From an uncultured Microthrixaceae bacterium (GTDB taxonomy: Bacteria > Actinomycetota > Acidimicrobiia > Acidimicrobiales > CAVOFX01): a stretch of 64,000 nt of DNA. Positions within the stretch are counted from its first letter, which is position 1; every line of letters starts with the position of its first letter. Positions 28,701 through 39,411 of this stretch are shown one piece after another. The DNA lies in NCBI GenBank assembly GCA_963695115.1, contig CAVOFX010000001.1, positions 28,442 to 92,441 of the forward strand, written 5' to 3'. The notes beneath the pieces were generated by a model that was not told where the DNA came from, ran no database searches, and saw nothing but the letters and a program-made list of their open reading frames with translations. The position numbers were made by a program, and so were the translations under genes.

Positions 28701-31700
28701 GTGCCCTGGATCATCTGCGTCCGGCGGCCCGCGAGGTCGTAGTCGACGTCGCTCACGTCAGGCGTGGCCGAATCGGAGTAGTAGATCGACGTGAGCTGGT
28801 CGGCGTCGTCGTAGCCGTACGTGATGCAATCGACAGGGGTCCCCTCGCAGTTCCCTCCGGGACCCCAGCGGTTGGCCAGCCGAGATGCCGCGTCGTATCG
28901 GAAGGTCGTGATGCGGCCCAGGGGATCGGTCACAGTCTCCAGCCGATCCAGATGGTCATACGCATACTCCGTGAACAGGGCGGTGTCTACCTTGTCGGCG
29001 ACGCCCTGGTACTGGCGCTTCAGCGTCCCGTCGGGCCAGTACTCGTTCTGGAGCCAGGTGGTGTCGGCGCGCCGCACCCACCGCAGCTGACCGGCGTCGT
29101 CGTACTCGTAGGTCGTCGTCCGTTGCTCGGCGTCGGTGACCGACACCAGCCGGCGCATGTCGTCGAACGCGTAGTGGGTGATCTCATCCTCGGGGTTGGT
29201 CACCTGACGGGCGTCGCCGTGCATCGTGTGGTTCGAGAACGTCGTGCGGTTGTCGGCCGGGTTCCCGCCGGGGATGTTCCCCAGCGGCGCCACGGTCTGG
29301 GTCATCCAGCCGATGCTGTTGTGGAGGAACGTCGTCTCGTTGCCCTCGGGATCGGTCGCCGACTCGGGGTATCCCCGAGCGTCGTAGTCGTAGTCCCAGC
29401 CCTTGCCGTTGGGGTCGACCACCGTGGTGACATCGCCGGGATGGTCGTCGTCTTCGCGAAGGTACTGCACCGTCTGGACCTCGGAGGTGCCGGCCAGCGG
29501 CGTCGAGACCGCCTGGAGGTTCGCCCTCGTGTCATAGGCGAAGGTGGTGGCCTCGCTCTGGCCACCCCAGCTGCGGGTCACCGATGTCGGCAGATCCGTC
29601 CACGTCGGGTGGTAGGCGGTCACGGTCTGGCGGCCCAGCGGATCGGTCGCCAGGGTCTGCATCGAGTTGGCGTCGTAGCCGAACGTCCAGACGTGGTTCA
29701 ACGGGTCGGTCAGCGTCGTGATGCCCAACGAGTCCGGGTCGTGCACGTAGGTCGTGGTCGCAGCATCGGAGCTGCCCCAACCCTCGGTGGACGACACCAG
29801 CAGGTTCCCGTCGTATCCGTCCACCCGCACGTCGCCGTCGGGGAAGGTCACCTTCGTCGAACCGGGGATCGACGTGTAGTCGAAGATGGTGGTGCGGCCG
29901 ATCGCGTCGGTCTGGGAGACCACCCGGTCCTCGGCGTCGTAGACGTTGGTGATCGGCGCCGCCGACCCCGGCTCGCGAATCGACGTCAGGCGGTGCGCGT
30001 CGTAGCCGAACATCCAGACCTTCCCAGGCGCACGTCGAGGGTCACCTTCCACAGATCCCCGTTGGCGTCATAGTCGTATGTCACGACCCGGCCCGCCGGA
30101 TCCGTGACGTTGCGCACCCGGCCGGCTTGCCAGGTGAGCGTCAGCTGCCGGCCCGCCTCGTCGGTGATCGATGTCAGCTCCCCGCTCAGACTGTAGGAGA
30201 GGCTCGTGACATAGCCGTTCAGGTCCGTGTGGGTGAGCAGGCGGCCGTCGACATCAGAGAACGTGAAGATGTCCCTTCCGCCCCGACGTTCGAACGTGAA
30301 CGTGCCGTCGCCGTTGTCCACCAGCGAGGCCTCGACATACGGCGCCGCGACGAGGAGCTCCCCTGGCGGTAGAAGGCGACCTGGGAGCCCGACTCCTGAT
30401 GGACCCGGACGATCGCTCCGTCGGCCAGGCTCTCCAGGCGCAGGTTGAACCGGTGCGTCCACCCGTGGCCGAGAGGTCCGTCGACGTCCGAGACCAACGA
30501 GTTGTACGACCGCGACCACCCCAGACCGAACCCCCGGCCGGGGACCTCCAGGTCCCACCACGTCTCGTGGAGGTTGCCCGACGCGGTGTTCACCGGATCC
30601 GCCGCGGTCCTGTAGCAGGTGCAGAGCTGTGGGATGGACGGGTTCTCACCCAGCATCTCCATGACGCTCACCGCCGAACCGATCCACTCCTCGAGACCCA
30701 GGGCTCCGGCGTTGAACGCCCGGATGCGGTTGTTCCCCGTGTCGGCGATCCAGATCACCGACCCGTCCGGGGCTGATGCGAGCCCCTCCGACCAGTCGAT
30801 GCGCCCCGGTATGCCGTCAGCCCAGCCCCGGGTCCCGTCACCGGCGACGGTGACCGCACCCAGGCCCGAGCCCAGCAGGATCTGAAGCGTCTCGGCTGGG
30901 GAACTCACCGGCACGCCACCTGGGCCGACCGCCAGGCCGCCCTTGTGGGGGAGCGGCCCGAGCCAGGTGAACGATTGAGAGGTCTCTTCGAACAGCAGCA
31001 GGTGGTCGTTCCCTCCGTTGGAAGAAGGGGTCTTCAGCATGGCCACGTCGCCGTCGAGCCAGACCCAGTCCCTGACTGCCGCTCCCCAGGGCCAGCCCGG
31101 TGGAGCCCCGAGCCGTGTCCCATCCCGGGGTGAGGCCGGAAGCTGCGACAGCGGGATCCGGTACAGCTCATGGATGAACCACTTGTCCCCGCTCGTGTCA
31201 GGTGGGGCCGCGTAGTACATGAACCCGTCGTGCACCGAGATGGCGTCGTTCACGTTCGATAGGAGCACCTCCGAGGACCCGGCGGGATTCGCCCGATCCA
31301 AACGGATCACGTCCTTGTTGGTGCTCCATGTGGCCGCCTCACCTCGTACGACATAGATCGATTCCTCATCGACCTCGATGTCCGACAATTCGGTCGGAGC
31401 GGCCCCCAGCACGCCACCCGAGAGCAGTGTCTCCACCTTCCCGTAGTCGGGATCACCTGGCGCCACCCCCACCGTCACCCGGCGCAACACGTTCGGACCC
31501 GTCGCTCCTCCTCCGTCGAGCGCGTACAGATACATCCCGGACGGGTCGGCCTCGATGTCGCTCACGTGCGCGAAGGTCGCGGTACCCGTCGGCCCTCCGG
31601 TGCCGTCGGCAAGGCCGGGGGCGCCGTTCCCCGCGACCGTGGAGAGGCCCTCCGGGAGCGAGACCTGCGCGGCCGCCGGCTCCACCGGCAGTCGCGGGGC

Positions 31701-31778
31701 TCCGACCGGCGCCACCGCCAACAGGCCGGCCAGCAGACACAGCACCACCCCGACACCCAGCGCTCTCAAGACCCGCAT
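25784..31778 (-). CDS. Main Rhs/YD-repeat polymorphic toxin (~2000 aa): Sec signal, NHL-like propeller, RHS shell with three inserted beta-sandwich repeats, core, C-terminal toxin. Two frame breaks in this sequence.
   Basis: MRVLRALGVGVVLCLLAGLLAVAPVGA (signal). ADTGNNRIRAF (NHL). DPVNTASGNLHETWWDLEVPGRGFGLGWSRSYNS (shell N-plug). Many YD repeats. YLRARFYDPTTGQFLTRDPI...GNPLNATDPSGLW. Frame breaks near 30360 (C/G4 run) and near 30022 (G3 run) link ORFs 30219-31778, 29986-30561 and 25784-30052. Confidence 0.9.
26795..27950 (-). repeat. Three tandem ~120-aa repeat domains inside the Rhs coding sequence
   Basis: Each unit: (V/T)F.P(L/I).PAR..(D/K)T...G.C.P.PCDRL.A.E.V.(F/V).V.G..G.P..G..AV.V..T......G..KVN......A......(S/G)....N....V..D..G.I.......D..I.V.GY(Y/H)(S/T). 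Confidence 0.8.
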
Positions 31779-32003
31779 GGCGACAGCCTCCCCGCCTCAC
31801 CCAACTGCAACGACAGCGATCAGTCGAGCGGTACCCTGCTACGGACCACGTTGCTTGTCAACCCATCGCGCCCAACCCCCCCCCAGCGCGAATGCGGTTG
31901 CCATGTGCTGGCGATCGGCGTCGAGGCCGGCAGCCGACGCCATCGACTCGCCGTGCGACGCCAGAGGCCACCCGTGTCACAGCCCCTGAACAGACTGGGG
32001 GAC

Positions 32004-33461
32004 ATGGCAACCCCCAGCACCGATCCGGTCCCCCGTAGGATGAGGCGGGTGAGCGACGAGCGCCGGCCGACGTCGACCTCGAGCTTCGGCGTGGGCCGTC
32101 GTGAGGCGCACGACGCCAGCGACTTCTACGCCCGCTTCACCCCGCCGCAGATCTCCGACGACTCCACGGTCAACCCCTTCGGGGTGGTCGACGAGGTCTA
32201 CTGCCTCGATGCCCGCCAGATGGACGAGGGCAAGGAGCGCCTCCAGCCCGACTCCGTAGCGCTCATGGTCACCTCCCCCCCGTACTTCGCCGGCAAGGAG
32301 TACGAGCGCGAGCTGGGCCAGGGGCACATCCCCGGCGACTACCTCGAGTACCTCCAGATGCTGCACGACGTCTTCGCCCGATGCGTCGAGAAGCTCGAGC
32401 CCGGTGGCCGGATCGCGGTGAACGTCGCCAACCTCGGTCGCAAGCCGTGGCGGTCGCTCTCCGCCGACGTGATCCGCATCCTCCAGGACGACCTCGGGCT
32501 CCTGCTGCGCGGCGAGATCATCTGGCAGAAGGGTCGGGGCGCGAGCGGTTCCTGTGCCTGGGGGTCGTTCCAGAGCCCGGCCAACCCGGTGCTGCGCGAC
32601 CTCACCGAGCGCGTGGTGGTCGCCAGCAAGGGACGCTTCGACCGGGCCGTCTCGCGAATCGACAGGGCCCGCCGTGGCCTGCCCGCAACGGCCACCATCT
32701 CGAAGGACGAGTTCATGGAGGCGACGCTCGACATCTGGGACATCCCCCCCGAGAGCGCCACCCGGGTCGGCCATCCCGCTCCGTTCCCCGTCGAGCTCCC
32801 CCAACGGCTCATCGAGCTGTACACCTACCAGGGAGACCTGGTGCTCGATCCGTTCATGGGCTCGGGTTCGACCGCCGTGGCGGCGGTCCGCACCGGCCGC
32901 CACTTCGTGGGCTTCGACACCGACCGCAGCTACGTGCAGCAGGCGAAGCAGCGGGTGGAGGAAGAGCACCGACGGCTCGCGGCAGGGCCCTCACGCCGGG
33001 AGGTGGCGGTGCCCGCAGGTGCTCAGCCCGAGCCCACCAGCGCCGCAGAGGCCGCCGAGCTCGGAGAGCAGGCACGCCTCGTCGCCGAGGCCCTCCTCCG
33101 CGATGCGGGCTTCGACCCGGTCGTGGCGCCGACGCGACCGGTGCACGGGGTCGACCTCTCGCTGGTCGCCACCGACCGGTCGGGCGGCACCTGGTACGTG
33201 GAGGTGGTGGGGGGACTGGGCACACCCGGTCCCGGGCTCCGCAGCCTCGACGCGGTGTGGCGGGTGATCGGGAAGGCGACCCTGCTCGACGGGGCCGACC
33301 CGTCGGCCCGAGGGGTGATCGTGCTGACCACGGTGCTTCCCCAGGCCCGGAGCCGGGGGGATCAGGCCCTCCGCCGAGCCGCTCCGCTCATACCGGCGGT
33401 CCTCGATCTTCTCGGCCCCGAGACCCCGACGGAGCTGCGCGCGCTGGCCCGCAGCTCCTGA
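32004..33461 (+). CDS. Beta-class DNA methyltransferase (motif IV TSPPY before motif I; N4-C or N6-A) with a ~165-aa C-terminal extension
   Basis: ALMVTSPPYFAGKEYE, then VLDPFMGSGSTAVAAVRTGRHFVGFDTD. ATG at 32004 (alternative at 32040). The track ORF upstream of this is Arg/Pro-rich shadow. The extension contains HGVDLSLVATDRSGGTWYVEVVGG. Confidence 0.8.
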   Translation: MATPSTDPVPRRMRRVSDERRPTSTSSFGVGRREAHDASDFYARFTPPQISDDSTVNPFGVVDEVYCLDARQMDEGKERLQPDSVALMVTSPPYFAGKEYERELGQGHIPGDYLEYLQMLHDVFARCVEKLEPGGRIAVNVANLGRKPWRSLSADVIRILQDDLGLLLRGEIIWQKGRGASGSCAWGSFQSPANPVLRDLTERVVVASKGRFDRAVSRIDRARRGLPATATISKDEFMEATLDIWDIPPESATRVGHPAPFPVELPQRLIELYTYQGDLVLDPFMGSGSTAVAAVRTGRHFVGFDTDRSYVQQAKQRVEEEHRRLAAGPSRREVAVPAGAQPEPTSAAEAAELGEQARLVAEALLRDAGFDPVVAPTRPVHGVDLSLVATDRSGGTWYVEVVGGLGTPGPGLRSLDAVWRVIGKATLLDGADPSARGVIVLTTVLPQARSRGDQALRRAAPLIPAVLDLLGPETPTELRALARSS

Positions 33462-33637
33462 CCTCTCGACGTCCCTGTCGGTCGCCGCGCAGCGCGACCT
33501 CGAGAACAGCGCTCGCCGGCCCACGCCTCCCGACTCGACCGGCGAGCGCCGACCCCCGCGGAGCACCCGACCTCGCGGCCGGGCGCGCTCTGTCCGTCCT
33601 CACAACATCGCGCGGCCGGGTCGGGCAGGATGGCTCC

Positions 33638-34654
33638 GTGCCGTCAGCGAAGACCGCCCTCACCGAGCTCGGCACCGCGGTCGGCCTCTGCTACGAGCCG
33701 AGCGAGCCGTGGCCCGAGTCGGTGGAGCGCCTCGACGTCCCGGGGATCGGGTCCGAGGTGTGGCATCCGTTCGTCCTGCCCGCCACCCGACCGGGGGCAC
33801 GCGATCGTGAGCTCCTGCTCGCTGCCATGGGGAACGGGCGTGCCTTCCGCCAGGCGGTGCTCGGAGGCGCCCGCCCGCGCCTCGTCGAATGGACCGGCGC
33901 CGACAAGACGGTGTGGAGCTCCGAGATCCCCCGGGATCTCACGATCGACCGGGTCTGGTTCATTCAGGCGAAGCACGACTCGACCTGTGTGCTGAACACC
34001 TCTCCCTTCTCCGCCTTCGAGCACCTCCTGGCAGAGATCGACACCGTGAGCCACGACTCGTGGTACCAGCACGTGGCGCCGCTCGAGCTGCAGGCGTACT
34101 ACGACGCTGCCAGGCAGGCCACGCTCCCCGGTGAGCTGCCCCTGCTCGTCACCGAGCTCGACCGCGAGCACAAGGCCCTGCTCAAGCGGGCGATGCGAGA
34201 CCGCCCCGGCCCGAGCCCCGACGAGGAGACCCGGTACCGCGACCTGTGCGAGGCGGTGTCGCGCCGCTCCGCCCACGAGTGGGTGGCCCGGCTCAACAAG
34301 GCAACACCGGGGCAGCGCACCCGCATGCTGCTCCGCATCCTGCGGGTGGCAGGCGGGCCGTACTGGCTGCTGGGCACCAAGGGCACCGAGCCGATCCGCC
34401 TCGAGGTCGGCGATAGCCGGAGCTGGCGCCGGCGCTTCGATCTGCGGGCGTTCGATGCCGAACCTGCGTCCGCCGGCCAACCCCAGGTGGACTGGCGGGC
34501 CGACGTCGTCGAGGTGGAGGGCCGCGCAGCTCGCACAGTCGAGGGGTACTGCGAGGTGCGCTGGTCGCACGGCAAGCTGCAGGGCAGCCCCGAGTGCAAG
34601 GTGCAGGTCACGACCGACCTGGCCGACCTCCCGGGCTACGACCCGATGACCTGA
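33638..34654 (+). CDS. Hypothetical protein (338 aa); candidate restriction endonuclease partner of the methyltransferase
   Basis: In-frame GTG at 33638 after ggcagga. Protein-like only from here on within track ORF 32381-34654. Possible PD-(D/E)xK-like stretch PRDLTIDRVWFIQAKHDS. Function inferred from adjacency. Confidence 0.4.
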   Translation: MPSAKTALTELGTAVGLCYEPSEPWPESVERLDVPGIGSEVWHPFVLPATRPGARDRELLLAAMGNGRAFRQAVLGGARPRLVEWTGADKTVWSSEIPRDLTIDRVWFIQAKHDSTCVLNTSPFSAFEHLLAEIDTVSHDSWYQHVAPLELQAYYDAARQATLPGELPLLVTELDREHKALLKRAMRDRPGPSPDEETRYRDLCEAVSRRSAHEWVARLNKATPGQRTRMLLRILRVAGGPYWLLGTKGTEPIRLEVGDSRSWRRRFDLRAFDAEPASAGQPQVDWRADVVEVEGRAARTVEGYCEVRWSHGKLQGSPECKVQVTTDLADLPGYDPMT

Positions 34655-34846
34655 GCGGCAGGCGCCCGCCACCGGAGACGACCGGCCCCGGCCCGAGGTC
34701 GTCAACCGGACCACGACCTGACGGCCCGGCCGACGGCCTCTCACCATGGGTGTCACAGGGCGGTGGAAGGATGGCACCACGGGCTCGCGATCCCCTCCGC
34801 ACAGGCGGGAAGCCTTCGCCTTCCACGCCGACGCGAAGGGATCGCC

Positions 34847-35725
34847 ATGTCCGACAACCACTCCAACGCCAGAACCGGTCTCCTCGCCTCGGTGGCCAAA
34901 GCCGTGGATCTCATGCTGGTCGAGTCAGGTCGTGCCCTGGCCGTCGGTGTGATCGACCACGGCGACGAGCTCGAGCTGGCGACCAGGCCCCTCGACGGCC
35001 ACCCCGTCGAGGAGCTCATCGGCTTCACCGCGCCCGACGCGTGGTGCGGCTTCGGTGTCGCCGCCACCGGAAGCTGCCTCCCTCTCCCCGGTGACGGCTG
35101 CGCGGAGCCCCTGATCCCGGCCCGGACGCCCGTGCGCCTGGTCCACCTCGTGGGTCGCACGGAGGCGTCCCACTCGCTCGTGTCCACCGAGAGCGGTGAG
35201 GTCCTCGAGCCCTCCCCGTCCGGCGTCGTGGGCCTGGTCGATGACGTGTGCCGCCGCGTGCTCGGCCTCTGCACCACACCTCCCGACGGCACCCCGGCCG
35301 CGCTCTGGGCACGGCTCTGGCTCGAAGCGGTGGTCGCCGTCCCGCCCGCACCGGGCGCACCCGAGTGGTCGGCGGTCGCAGCGCTCCACCCGGCTGTCCA
35401 GCAGGTCCGCCGGGCCGACCCCGAGCTGGCCCTCATCGCCGCGGGAGACCTGGAGCTCGCCGGGCGCGTGATGGCCGAGACCTGGTCGTGGGAGGAGCTG
35501 CGACTCCGCTGTGCGGCGGGTGGACCCTCCACCATCTCGGTCTCGCCCGCCCAGGCCGCCTGGATGGATGAGGGGATGTTCTCTCGGATGGTGCTCTCCG
35601 GCTTCGCCGAGCTCCGTGACCTCCTCGAGGTCGCTCTCGAGCAGCTGTCGAGAGCGGTGGGGGCGCGTGTCGTGACCTGCCTGCGCAGCTGGGGGCTCGA
35701 CGTCGGCGACGGGGCGCGGTCGTGA
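34847..35725 (+). CDS. Hypothetical protein (292 aa)
   Basis: ATG at 34847 preceded by gaaggga. No motif recognised. Confidence 0.5.
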   Translation: MSDNHSNARTGLLASVAKAVDLMLVESGRALAVGVIDHGDELELATRPLDGHPVEELIGFTAPDAWCGFGVAATGSCLPLPGDGCAEPLIPARTPVRLVHLVGRTEASHSLVSTESGEVLEPSPSGVVGLVDDVCRRVLGLCTTPPDGTPAALWARLWLEAVVAVPPAPGAPEWSAVAALHPAVQQVRRADPELALIAAGDLELAGRVMAETWSWEELRLRCAAGGPSTISVSPAQAAWMDEGMFSRMVLSGFAELRDLLEVALEQLSRAVGARVVTCLRSWGLDVGDGARS

Positions 35726-35793
35726 GGCCCGACCGCTGAAGCCGGCCGGGCACTGCCACTGACGAAGCGGCACCCGCCGGTAGCCTTCGCGGG

Positions 35794-37409
35794 ATGTCCG
35801 ACGACGAGACGAGCGGGTCCGCCGCGCGTCAACCGCGGCCGGCGACGGCTCCTCCTGGCCGGCGGGCTCGGCGCGGTGACCTGGGTCGTGCTCCGGAGGG
35901 CTCCCGAGGGCGATCCCGCCCGCCCCGCGGGCACCGGGTTCCGCCGTCCCGACTCGTCCTCGAGCACGACCACCACCTCACCGTCGATCGATCCTCCGGT
36001 GCTCGACGGGGCCGGTCCCGCCCCGGGTGACGATCACGTCTACGAGCTGGTGCTCGCCGGCGGACAGCGTGATCGATCCGCAGACGGGCTTCGACCAGGT
36101 CGCCTTCGTCGGCATCGACGGCGACACCATCACGGGCCTCTCCCTCGATCCGCTCCAGGGCTCGACGTCGATCGACGTGAGCGGGCTCGTCGTCTCCCCG
36201 GGCTTCATCGACGTGCTCTCGTACGAACCCAACGAGTACGGGATCTGGTACAAGATCGCCGACGGGGTCACCACCAACCTCGGCATGCACGGGATCAACA
36301 GCTCCAGTGCGGCCGAGTTCTTCGCCGTCTACGAGGGCCGGAGCCCCTGCCACTTCGGCGGCGCCTACGACGACTCCCACATGCGGACCAACCTGGCGGG
36401 GCTGGGGGTGTACGACACAGCGGCCCCCTCGCAGGTCGACCAGCTCGTTCAGGCCGCGCACACCGGCTTCGACGAGGGCTGGATCGGCGTCAACTTCGAG
36501 CCCGAGTACACGCCCGGGGTCGACATGGCGGAGATGGTCGCGATCGGGAACGTGGCAGCCGAGAGAGACATGCCGCTGTTCTTCCACGTCCGCTACTCCG
36601 ACGCGGACCGCAACGACGAGGCGATCGCAGAGGTGCTCGACGTGGCGCGCCAGACGGGCGCCGGCGTCCACGTCGACCACATCACCAGCACCGGCGGTAC
36701 GTTCACCATGGACCAGACGCTCGAGACGCTCGCGGCGGCCCGCGACGAAGGTGTCGACGTCACCGCATGCGCGTACCCCTACACCTCGTGGGCCACCTAC
36801 ATCGGAGCCGCGCGCTACGGGGTCGACCCCGAGACCGGGCAGACCGCGGTGGAGAGGTTCGGCATCGACTACAGCGACCTCCAGATCGTCGGCACCACCG
36901 AGCGCCTGACGGAGGCCCGGTTCAACGAGCTGAGGGGCGGCACCGAGAACCCCCTGGTCGCCGCCGTCGGTGCCATCCCCGAGGCCGACGTGGAGGCGGC
37001 CCTGCGGGCGGAGTTCGTGATGATCGGCAGCGACGCGATCCTCGAGCCCGGCGACAACAACCACCCCCGCTCCACGGGCTGCTTCTCCCGGACCCTCGGC
37101 GTGTACGTGCGCGAGAAGAAGACGATCACCCTCCAGCAGGCCCTGGCCAAGATGACGATCCTCCCGGCCCGTCGCCTCGAGCCAGGAGCCCCCGCGATGA
37201 GGAGGAAGGGCCGGCTCCAGCGTGGCGCCCACGCCGACATCACCGTGTTCGATCCCGACACCGTGGCCGACCGCAGCACGCTCGAGAACCCCGCGCAGGA
37301 ATCGGTGGGGATCGAGTACGTGCTCGTCTCGGGGCAGGTCGTGAAGGACCCGGACGGGCTGAAGCGCGACCGCCTACCGGGTCAGCCCGTCCGCGGTGAA
37401 GGCGCCTGA
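35794..37409 (+). CDS. N-acyl-D-amino-acid deacylase/amidohydrolase-family protein with membrane-anchor or signal N-terminus; two apparent N-terminal frameshifts
   Basis: ORF 36027-37409 carries the amidohydrolase body (VIDPQTGFDQVAFVGIDGDTITG...VSPGFIDVLSY...GVHVDHITSTGG). The expected N-terminus (MSDDETSGSAAR / VNRGRRRLLLAGGLGAVTWVVL...DDHVYELVLAGG) lies in two other frames, with breaks near 35830 and 36055. Confidence 0.7.
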
Positions 37410-37449
37410 GGTCGAGCCGGCCACGCCGAGCCCGCGGCCGAGGCGCAGT

Positions 37450-37992
37450 TCAGAACAGCCCGCTCCGGCGCGTCGGTGCCGGCTCGTCCTCCTCTGTGCC
37501 CGAGGTGACGAAGAGGTCATCGGCCGGGTGGCGTTCCGGCGCTTCGTCGGGCTCGTCGTCGTCGGCATCACCGACGAACAGCGCGACCTTGGGCTTCTCC
37601 TTCTTCGGCCTCGCCCCTCCGTCGTCGCCGAAGTCGCCCTCGTACTCGGGCGCCTCGTCCGAGGAGGCCGGGCCCAACGCCAGCATGCGCCTCGCCTGCT
37701 CGGGAACCGCCTCGGTCTCGGCGAGCAGCTGGGTGTCCAGCTTCATCAGCGAGATCTTGTTCAGGGGGCCGAAGTAGGGGTCGCCGTTCGTGCTGATGAA
37801 GAAGTACGCCGGCTCTTTGGCGTTGCCCACCTGGTTCCCGTCGTCATCGACGAACTCGAACGGCATCACCGTGAACGTGCCGCGCTCGACCCAGATCCAC
37901 TCTCCCTCGATGATGACCCGCACCACGGCCTTGGCATTGATCGACACTCGCACACTCCCGCTCGACGGCTCCCACGAGTGTACGACCCCCAC
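37450..37992 (-). CDS. Hypothetical protein with a strongly acidic C-terminal tail (180 aa)
   Basis: Only the last 180 codons of track ORF 37450-39288 look protein-like (VRVSINAKAVVRVIIEGEWIWVERGTFTVMPFEFVDDDGNQVG...). GTG at 37992 after ggcggga. The rest is antisense to the GH43 gene. Confidence 0.5.
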   Translation of the reverse strand: MGVVHSWEPSSGSVRVSINAKAVVRVIIEGEWIWVERGTFTVMPFEFVDDDGNQVGNAKEPAYFFISTNGDPYFGPLNKISLMKLDTQLLAETEAVPEQARRMLALGPASSDEAPEYEGDFGDDGGARPKKEKPKVALFVGDADDDEPDEAPERHPADDLFVTSGTEEDEPAPTRRSGLF

Positions 37993-38140
37993 CGTCCCGC
38001 CACCCGACCTGCCCCGGAGCCGATCGAGCCCCTGCACCGGGCTGCTCACCGCCGCTCGGATCGCCGAGCTGCCGGGCGGGAACGTGCCGTACCGGCCGGT
38101 GCACCAGACTGGGAAGACCCGACCCGGGCACGACCACGCC

Positions 38141-39342
38141 ATGAGACCCTCCACGCCCCGAAGGCAAGACCCGACGCACCGCCTCCGGTGGCGTCCGGGC
38201 ATCGCGGCCGTGCTCGTCGCTCTCCTGGCAGCGTGTGGGTCGGGCGGCGATACGACCGAGTGCGACCTCGAGCGGCACCGAGCAGAGCACGACCGACGAC
38301 GAGCTCCCCGGCGGCCACGACCAGCGCGGCCGCGCCCTCGACGGAGGGCCAGGACCCCGATGCTCCCGGACCCCGTCTGCCCACCCTGGGCGAGGAGAGC
38401 TTCGTCATCAGCTCTCAGCGGTTGCGGGACCGCCTTCGCAACGGACTCGAACCTGTCCCCGACGCACCGGTCTTCGAGGGCGACTACGCAGACCCGTTCG
38501 TGCTCGCCGTCGGCCCCACCTTCTACCTGTACACGACCAACACCCGGGACGCGAACGTCCCGGTGCTGCGATCGGTGGGCGCAGTCGTGGGACAGCAGCT
38601 GGGCGACGCCCTCCCGGAGCTGCCGGAGTGGTCCGAGCCCGGACTCGTCTGGGCGCCCTCGGTGCTCCGCCGGGAAGGCGGCTACGTCCTCTACTACACG
38701 ACGGTGCACAACCCCAGCGGACGCATGTGCATCTCGGTCGCCACCTCCGGCAGCCCCGAGGGCCCTTTCGCGGACGACTCGTCCCAACCGCTCGTGTGCC
38801 AGCTCGAGCTCGGTGGCTCGATCGATCCGAGCCCGTTCGTGGACGACGACGGCAGCACCTGGCTGACTTGGAAGAGCGACGGCAACTGCTGCGACATCCC
38901 GACGCGCATCTGGAGCCAGCGGCTCAGCGATGACGGCCTGAGACTCGAGGGATCGCCGGTCGAGCTCCTCACCACGAGCGAGGACTGGGAGGGCCCTCTG
39001 GTGGAGGCGCCGAGCATGTTCGGACACGACGACAGCTACTGGCTGCTGTACTCCGCCAACCGCTGGGACACCGCGGACTACGCGGTCGGGATCGCGCGTT
39101 GCGAGTCGCCCAGCGGTCCCTGCACCAAGGTCGGCGACCGCTGGCTCGACGGTCACGGATCGGCGACCGGGCCCGGTGGTGCGGAGGCGTTCGTCCACCC
39201 GCGCGGCGACCAGTGGGTCGTGTACCACGCATGGGTCACCGACGCCGTCGGCTACGACGACGGCGGGGCGCGCTCGCTGTTCCTCCAACCCCTCGACTAC
39301 TCCGAAGGAGCACCTCTCCCGGGCGGGCTGTCCGGGGAGTGA
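38141..39342 (+). CDS. Glycoside hydrolase family 43-like lipoprotein; two apparent frameshifts in the linker
   Basis: Lipoprotein signal MRPSTPRRQDPTHRLRWRPGIAAVLVALLAACGSGG (frame of 37790-38866). Ser/Thr linker in a second frame. GH43-like body in ORF 37396-39342 (DYADPFVLAVGPTFYLYTTN...VWAPSVLRREGGYVLYYT...SIDPSPFVDDDGSTWLTWKSDGN...VEAPSM). Confidence 0.7.
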
Positions 39343-39411
39343 CCACCCCGCAGCAGCGCGCCCTGGACGCGCCTCTTCGGGTCAGCGATCAGGGGCTCCC
39401 CGGGTGCACCG

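Noticed and set aside
31566-32003. N-terminal 146 codons of the 631-aa methyltransferase ORF, and the first ~420 codons of ORF 32381-34654
   Set aside because: Arg/Pro-rich, non-protein-like, and overlapping the rhs promoter region or the methyltransferase gene in another frame. Plausible internal starts with Shine-Dalgarno-like sequences exist at 32004 and 33638.
37993-39288. Upstream 430 codons of the 612-aa minus-strand ORF 37450-39288
   Set aside because: Antisense to the GH43 gene and Arg/Gly-rich. Only the last 180 codons (37450-37992) look like a real protein.
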